A DNA stretch of 64,000 bases from Terrimicrobiaceae bacterium. GTDB taxonomy: Bacteria > Verrucomicrobiota > Verrucomicrobiia > Chthoniobacterales > Terrimicrobiaceae. The stretch's first letter is position 1, and the number at the start of each line of letters is the position of its first letter. The position numbers were made by a program, and so were the translations under genes. The stretch spans positions 1 to 64,000 of the forward strand of contig JBGSVZ010000005.1 in assembly GCA_041752695.1 (NCBI GenBank). The letters run 5' to 3'. Shown one piece after another: positions 58,450 to 64,000 of this stretch. The notes beneath the pieces were generated by a model. That model saw nothing but the letters and a program-made list of their open reading frames with translations. It made no database searches and was not told the origin of the DNA.

Positions 58450-59193
58450 CTAAGTGCCGGGTCCGGCGACCGCGTTCCGTCTTTGCACCGTGCCTTGCGC
58501 GAAAGAACGGACACTGCCGTCGAGCATCAGGGTATTTGTACTCTTTTTGGGATGATGATAGGAGAGCCCTCCGTGATGGCCATCCGTAGAGTCAATGAAG
58601 GTGTCCGGACTAACGGTCGATGTGAGGGCAAAATCGTTGGGAAAATAGAGGCTGACTTCCGCCAGATTTTTATTCGCGGGATTCTGGACTCCATCCGCCA
58701 CCAAGACGACTTCGGAGGGTTTTGCCACCCGCACTTTTCGGATGCGGTAGTTCGCGTCCTCAGCCCCCAGCCGAACATGCATCGAGTAGGTGGACACCCA
58801 GTCTCCGCTGGCTTGGGTTTGAGGCTTCAGCCGGGCGTCAGGACAGACCCAGGTGGTCGCGCGTTGATTTGCACTCTGAAGATAAGGCGTGAGGCGTTGC
58901 ACCCAGGTTTGGGTTCCGTCGGCATCCTTGCTGGTTGTCCAGTGGATCGGGAGTTGGTCGTCATTCGAGGCGGCATAGGCATGCATCGCGATTCCGATCT
59001 GGCGCAGGTTCGAGACGCAGCGGACGGAGTTTGCGGACTTTGTCAATTTGTTGACGGCGGGCACAAGCAGAGCGGCAAGAACGCCCACGATGCCAACCAC
59101 TGCGAGGAGCTCCACCAAGGTGAAGCCTGCGCAAGATATCCGCCGAGCCTGTTGGCGAAGAGGGGGCGTGGGGTTTGTGAGGTATGCGATCAT
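58450..59193 (-). CDS. Prepilin-type N-terminal cleavage/methylation protein with H-X9-DG-like C-terminus (DUF1559-like)
   Basis: GFTLVELLAVVGIVGVLAALL; C.SNLRQIG; HHPKKSTNTLMLDGSV. Confidence 0.9.
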   Translation of the reverse strand: MIAYLTNPTPPLRQQARRISCAGFTLVELLAVVGIVGVLAALLVPAVNKLTKSANSVRCVSNLRQIGIAMHAYAASNDDQLPIHWTTSKDADGTQTWVQRLTPYLQSANQRATTWVCPDARLKPQTQASGDWVSTYSMHVRLGAEDANYRIRKVRVAKPSEVVLVADGVQNPANKNLAEVSLYFPNDFALTSTVSPDTFIDSTDGHHGGLSYHHPKKSTNTLMLDGSVRSFAQGTVQRRNAVAGPGT

Positions 59194-59312
59194 AGGGGAT
59201 TTGATCAAGGGGTGAGATCCTTGAATCGTTGTTACCTTACCCTAGCTTCGAAAATTTGGAAATTGATGAAACGTTCGCTTTTATAGGATTCGTTCAGGAC
59301 GCGTCTGCGCAT

Positions 59313-60185
59313 TTAGCGGATTTCCATATGTTCGTGGCGATAGTTTAACGGGGTCTTTCCGAGGTGGGTCTTGAAGGAGGCGCAGAAGGCGGAGCTGCTG
59401 CTAAAACCGGCCTTCTTGGCGACCTCGGACACCGGTAATCGTGTTTCGCGCAATAGGCGCATAGCCTCTTCGAAACGGGCATGGCGCAGCACTTCGCTGG
59501 GATTGCGTCTCCAAATCGTTTTTAGACGCCGGGAGAGATAGGAACGGGAATATCCCATGCGGTCCGCAAATTCCTTTACCGATCCGTGGCTCATCGGAAT
59601 GAGCCCGGGAAAATTTGCGCTGAGATTGACAAGTTGCGGAGGACCAGGCCTGGTGTCCTCACAGGAGGCCCACCAGGAATTCAGCCAGCGATACGCCAGG
59701 ACGGACCAGAACCGCGCGGTGCGAACCGGCTGCTGCCGCACCATTTTGCAGAAGCGCTGCGCGCCCCGTACGGCAGCGCAATCTGGTGGAAGCGACTGGA
59801 GCGAGCCGAACTGCTGCACGACGTAATCAAAAAGCCCGAAGGCGGCGTCACCGGTGAACCCAATATAAATGCGCCGCCATGGCAGCCCTTGTCGGTGATA
59901 AACCAGCGTGCCGGGCGCGGGTTGGCGAACGGCCAGGGCCTGTCCGGGACCGACTCTTAGCTTTTGATCGCCCTGCTCATACTCGACAAAACCTTCAATC
60001 GTGTAGATCCACATTCCCTGCGGCGCGAGTGCCTGCAAGAAAAACGGGTTGGGCGGGCGCATCGTTTCCTCCACGTCGTCGGAACAACAAAGCACCCGGC
60101 AGATGGGACCGTGCCAGTCCGGTGCTTCGGGAACAAGTGTCGCCTCCTTAAGGGCGCTTGCGTTCTGGGGAAAATTCCTGCGCAT
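59313..60185 (-). CDS. AraC family transcriptional regulator
   Basis: C-terminal double HTH: A..MGYSRSYLSR; EVAKKAGFSSSSAF...FK...G.TP..YR. Confidence 0.92.
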   Translation of the reverse strand: MRRNFPQNASALKEATLVPEAPDWHGPICRVLCCSDDVEETMRPPNPFFLQALAPQGMWIYTIEGFVEYEQGDQKLRVGPGQALAVRQPAPGTLVYHRQGLPWRRIYIGFTGDAAFGLFDYVVQQFGSLQSLPPDCAAVRGAQRFCKMVRQQPVRTARFWSVLAYRWLNSWWASCEDTRPGPPQLVNLSANFPGLIPMSHGSVKEFADRMGYSRSYLSRRLKTIWRRNPSEVLRHARFEEAMRLLRETRLPVSEVAKKAGFSSSSAFCASFKTHLGKTPLNYRHEHMEIR

Positions 60186-60233
60186 GCCGGTAACCGTAAC
60201 AGAGGAAGCTTGGCTGTGTCGAGACGGCGTAGC

Positions 60234-60269
60234 ACGAAATCACAATTTCCGAACGAAATCTGCATTTCA
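60234..60269. promoter_or_regulatory. Tandem palindromic operator between araC and GH1
   Basis: AC-GAAAT-CACA-ATTTC and AC-GAAAT-CTGC-ATTTC, 19 bp apart. Confidence 0.6.
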
Positions 60270-60303
60270 GTTTGGCGGCATTGGGGCGAAAGTCCTCGTC
60301 AGA

Positions 60304-61728
60304 ATGAGATCGCAAAATTCCCTCCGTACGTTTCCACCGGATTTCGCCTGGGGTGCGGCCACGGCTGCTTACCAGGTTGAGGGAGGGTGGAATCAAGACG
60401 GACGCGGCCCGTCGGTCTGGGACGATTTCTGTCACCGCGGCGGAAAGATATGTGATGGCTCCAGCGGCGATGTCGCCTGCAACCACTACAATCTCTGGCG
60501 CGAGGATGTGGAAATGATGCGCGCCATGGGACTGCGGGCCTATCGATTTTCGCTGAGTTGGTCACGCATCCTGCCGCAGGGAACTGGTGTGATCAATGAA
60601 GCGGGATTGGATTTTTACGACCACCTTGTGGACGCCCTTTTGGAAGCGAACATCACCCCGTGGGTCACGCTCTTTCATTGGGATCTTCCCTCCGCCCTCT
60701 ATCATCGCGGGGGATGGCTTAATTCCAATTCCCCGGAGTGGTTCGCGGAATACACCCGGGTGGTGGCCGCGCGCCTTGGGGATCGCGTGACCAACTGGAT
60801 CACGCTGAACGAGCCACCGTGTTTCACCGGGATGGGCCACCTGGACGCCGTCCATGCGCCGGGCGACAGCCTGTCCTTCGCCAACTTTCTCCGTGTCGCG
60901 CACCATGTCCTGATGGCGCACGGAAAATCCGTCCAAGTCCTGCGCGCGGGGTGTCCGCGTCCGGTGCAGATCGGATTTGCCATCACGGGAAACGCGAGAA
61001 TTCCCCAGACCCAATCTTCTGCCGACATCGAAGCCGCGAAGTCCCTGCTTTTCAGTGTCCGCCGCAAATCGCAATGGAACATCTCGTGGTGGATGGATCC
61101 TGTGTTTTTGGGCAATTATCCCGCCGACGGGCTCGCGCTCTTCGGAGAAGACATGCCCGAGATCGGAAGCACGGATATGGAGATCATCAACCAGCCGCTC
61201 GATTTCATTGGCTACAACGGTTATACCGGAGATCGGGTCAAATCGACGGCGGAAGGTCCCTGCGAGATTCCTCATGAGCATGGGCATGCCCGCGGTCTTT
61301 TGAACTGGGTGCGAATGGAACCCTCCGCGCTGTATTGGATGACGCGGTTTCTCCAGGAGCGATACGGTCGCCTTCCGTTGGTCGTGACGGAGAATGGTTT
61401 CCCCGGTTCCGATTGGGTGGACCGCACCGGCAGGGTGAGCGACCCTCAGCGTATTGACTATACCGCCCGTTACCTCATGGAGATTGCCCGGGCGAATCAC
61501 GAGGGATATCCCATCTCGGGTTACTTTCATTGGACACTCATGGATAATTTCGAGTGGGCGGAAGGGTACCACGCCCGGTTTGGCTTGGTTCACGTGGACT
61601 TCCGCACCCAAAAGCGTACGTTGAAAGAGTCCGCCCACTGGTATCGCAAAGTCATCGAAACCCAGGGAGGGAGCCTCTCCCTGGTCCCTGAGAGGGAGGA
61701 AGCCTCCCTCCAGTCCGCCTATGCCTGA
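60304..61728 (+). CDS. GH1 beta-glucosidase
   Basis: FAWGAATAAYQVEG, TLNEP, VTENG, DNFEWAEG. Confidence 0.95.
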   Translation: MRSQNSLRTFPPDFAWGAATAAYQVEGGWNQDGRGPSVWDDFCHRGGKICDGSSGDVACNHYNLWREDVEMMRAMGLRAYRFSLSWSRILPQGTGVINEAGLDFYDHLVDALLEANITPWVTLFHWDLPSALYHRGGWLNSNSPEWFAEYTRVVAARLGDRVTNWITLNEPPCFTGMGHLDAVHAPGDSLSFANFLRVAHHVLMAHGKSVQVLRAGCPRPVQIGFAITGNARIPQTQSSADIEAAKSLLFSVRRKSQWNISWWMDPVFLGNYPADGLALFGEDMPEIGSTDMEIINQPLDFIGYNGYTGDRVKSTAEGPCEIPHEHGHARGLLNWVRMEPSALYWMTRFLQERYGRLPLVVTENGFPGSDWVDRTGRVSDPQRIDYTARYLMEIARANHEGYPISGYFHWTLMDNFEWAEGYHARFGLVHVDFRTQKRTLKESAHWYRKVIETQGGSLSLVPEREEASLQSAYA

Positions 61729-61772
61729 ACTTTAACTTAGCTAATCCCTCCGCTCTCCCGCGAATCCCAGTT

Positions 61773-64000
61773 ATGACCGTATCTCCCCATTTCCCCCTCC
61801 GTGGACGTCCGTCCCTCCTTGCCATCGCCGGAATGTTTGTTCTTTCCGTTGGCTTTCTGGCATCCCCCGCACCGGCCGCCGAGCCGTCCGTTCCGGGGCA
61901 AACCCACTACGGCGCATGGCGTTCCTCGCGCATTGGCGGAGGCGGATATGTTTCCAACCTCATTCCCACAAGCGACCCGAAGATTTATTACCTTCACACC
62001 GACGTGGGAGGATTTTATCGCAGCGAGGACGGCGGCGCCAACTGGAGAATGCTCCAAGGCAAGCTTCCCGCCACCGCCGGGAACCAGCAGCCGCGGGGAT
62101 TATTGGTAGATCCGCGGGATCCCAACCAAATCCTCGTGGCCACCGGTTCTCATTGGGAAAACAAACCCGAGGGAATCTACCGTAGCAGCGATGGCGGCCA
62201 GACTTTTGAACGCACTCTTGAGGCGGCATTTGCCGGCAATGGAAACACGCGGATGTGGGGGGAAATCCTTTCCGTCGATCCCGCCAACCCGGACGTGGTG
62301 CTGGCAGCGTCCATGAACGACGGGGTGTTCCGCTCCCAGGATTTTGGGCGCACCTGGCTGAATGTGGGGCTGACGGGCTTGAACCCGACCGACATCGATT
62401 TTGACAAAACCCAGCCGGGCCGGGTGTTACTCAGCGCGCAGCCTTACGATTCGTTTTTTCAAGGCAATCCCCAAATGAAATTGCGGGGAGGTTTGTTCGT
62501 GAGCAGTGATGCAGGCGCGACCTGGGAGGAAATCAAGCAAGCCGTGCCTCCTCCGAACGAGTTGACTCAGGCTCCCGCTGCCTTTGGTTCTGCCTGGATT
62601 GGCGTGTTCCGCAATTCTCTCGTTAAAAGCAGCAAGGACGGGGGCAAAACCTGGCAGGAATTTGGCGAGGGCCTTCCCACTCGGCCCGACACGGATACAA
62701 AAACTTCCCTCAGTCCCACCGCGCCCTACACCTTTACCGCCATAACGGCCGGGCCGGATTTTCTTTTGCTGGGAGCCGGTGACGGCAAACTGTACCGCCG
62801 GAACCCGCAGGATGCCGCCTGGACACGCATTGAGTCCGCGACCAAGGCTCCGGACTTCTGGTACGGTAACCCCGGCAACCGCTCCGGGTGGGTTCACTTT
62901 GGCAAGGCCATGTCCACGCTCCGGGTTGATCCTCACGACCCGAACCGCTGGTGGTTGGGTGATTGGTACATGCTTTGGCAATCGAATAGCGGTGGCAAAC
63001 AATGGGACTATGCCGGAAACGGGATTGAGGTGACTGTCGTGCATAATGTCACCCAGACGCCCGATGATCCCGGCCACGTGCATCTCGGCATGGCGGATAA
63101 TGGATACTTCTCGTCGCCCGACGGCGGGGCGACCTTTCAGCAGAATTGGCGGGTCATTACGAATAATATCAAGGACGTTGCCGTCTCAGCGAAGGATCCC
63201 ACCCGCACTTATGCCATCGGTCCGATGGAAAACGGTCCGTGGCATAGCAATCAACTCTTTGTCAGTGACGACCGGGGTGCCACCTGGCGCAAAGCCGCCA
63301 TGCAGGGGCTTCGCTCCGCGGACTCCCGCCGTATGAACTCTCTCACGCTGGATCCTACGGACAAGGATCGCGTGTTTGTGGCGCTGGCGGGAGAACCCGG
63401 CACAGGCGGTGGGGTTTTTCAGTCCGAAGACGCGGGTGAAACCTGGAAACCGATCTCGTCCGGCTTGCCCGACGAAGGTCTCTTTCAGGCGGAGATCTGG
63501 CACGTCGGGCGTGAGTTGGCGGCCTCGCAGGATGGCAGCCTTGTGGCCATCTCCAGTTATAAATCCCGTGTTTTCCATCGGTCCCCCGGCACCCAATTGT
63601 GGGCGGAAGCGACCGAGAAGTTCGGCAAGATCAATAGCGTCGAGGCGGACCCTTTCGTTCCCGGCCGCTATCTCATTGCCTCGCCAACTTCGGGTCTCCA
63701 TGAGTCCAGCGATTCTGGAGCGACCTGGACGAGGCTTAACCCGGACTCGCCCGCTCACCATGTTACCTTTGACAAAGCGGTGGCCGGTCGCATTGCTGTG
63801 GGTACGTCTGACGGAGTCGCCCTCTCGACCGACGCCGGCCAGACTTGGCGTTTGCTCGACAAGGAGCTTCCGAACCGCGCGGCCAACAGCGTCGCCTTCG
63901 CGGGAGACCGTCTCATCGTCGGCACCGGCGGATGTGGCGCATTCTGGATCCCGCTGGCGGAGGGCGGTGGTCAGGCTGTCGCCGCGCGGCATTTTGCGGA
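61773..64000 (+). CDS. Secreted GH74-like (xyloglucanase-type) BNR/Asp-box beta-propeller protein, partial (not in ORF track)
   Basis: Hand translation: signal peptide, WRSSRIGGGGYV, HTDVGGFYRSEDGG.NW, many S.DGG.TW repeats, HLGMADNGYF; same frame at the window end. Confidence 0.8.
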   Translation, partial: MTVSPHFPLRGRPSLLAIAGMFVLSVGFLASPAPAAEPSVPGQTHYGAWRSSRIGGGGYVSNLIPTSDPKIYYLHTDVGGFYRSEDGGANWRMLQGKLPATAGNQQPRGLLVDPRDPNQILVATGSHWENKPEGIYRSSDGGQTFERTLEAAFAGNGNTRMWGEILSVDPANPDVVLAASMNDGVFRSQDFGRTWLNVGLTGLNPTDIDFDKTQPGRVLLSAQPYDSFFQGNPQMKLRGGLFVSSDAGATWEEIKQAVPPPNELTQAPAAFGSAWIGVFRNSLVKSSKDGGKTWQEFGEGLPTRPDTDTKTSLSPTAPYTFTAITAGPDFLLLGAGDGKLYRRNPQDAAWTRIESATKAPDFWYGNPGNRSGWVHFGKAMSTLRVDPHDPNRWWLGDWYMLWQSNSGGKQWDYAGNGIEVTVVHNVTQTPDDPGHVHLGMADNGYFSSPDGGATFQQNWRVITNNIKDVAVSAKDPTRTYAIGPMENGPWHSNQLFVSDDRGATWRKAAMQGLRSADSRRMNSLTLDPTDKDRVFVALAGEPGTGGGVFQSEDAGETWKPISSGLPDEGLFQAEIWHVGRELAASQDGSLVAISSYKSRVFHRSPGTQLWAEATEKFGKINSVEADPFVPGRYLIASPTSGLHESSDSGATWTRLNPDSPAHHVTFDKAVAGRIAVGTSDGVALSTDAGQTWRLLDKELPNRAANSVAFAGDRLIVGTGGCGAFWIPLAEGGGQAVAARHFA

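Noticed and set aside
1..64000. CRISPR array, rRNA, tRNA genes
   Set aside because: No regularly spaced repeats or recognisable rRNA/tRNA sequences seen; repeats at 31-32 kb and 62-64 kb are protein-level HAF and Asp-box repeats

Overview
GC-rich bacterial chromosome segment, most likely from a verrucomicrobium (inferred from three PEP-CTERM proteins, a prepilin/H-X9-DG protein and the integrase type). (1) 1-9168: right-hand part of a genomic island inserted at the 3' end of tmRNA (ssrA, 9169-9520, minus; tag ADSENLALAA). It carries a tyrosine integrase, an excisionase-like HTH, an RHH protein, a MOBF/TrwC relaxase-helicase, a candidate oriT and a divergent TraK/TraL/TraM-like trio. No T4SS or coupling protein is visible, so it looks mobilizable rather than self-transmissible. 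Its O-antigen-ligase-like cargo gene is cut by an IS3 element at the window edge. (2) 9.5-37 kb: mostly core genes (CreD operon, hybrid kinase, S1 protease, typA, tandem EEP nucleases, LOG, DAHP synthase, NlpC/P60, RelE-like protein, class V aminotransferase, Na+/H+ antiporter, AhbAB-like fusion, fabG, carbonic anhydrase), plus a decayed esterase, PEP-CTERM genes and GGAG-type REP hairpins. (3) 37-55 kb: a glutaminase-MFS-AbgT-ThrE / MFP-RND-OprB porin-HdeD cluster suggesting an unusual acid-resistance module, preceded by a ~200-nt rod-like inverted repeat. (4) 55-64 kb: sigma-70 factor, photolyase and a carbohydrate locus (DUF4380, prepilin-like, AraC, GH1, GH74-like running off the window). 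All family calls are from motif recognition by eye, not database searches.
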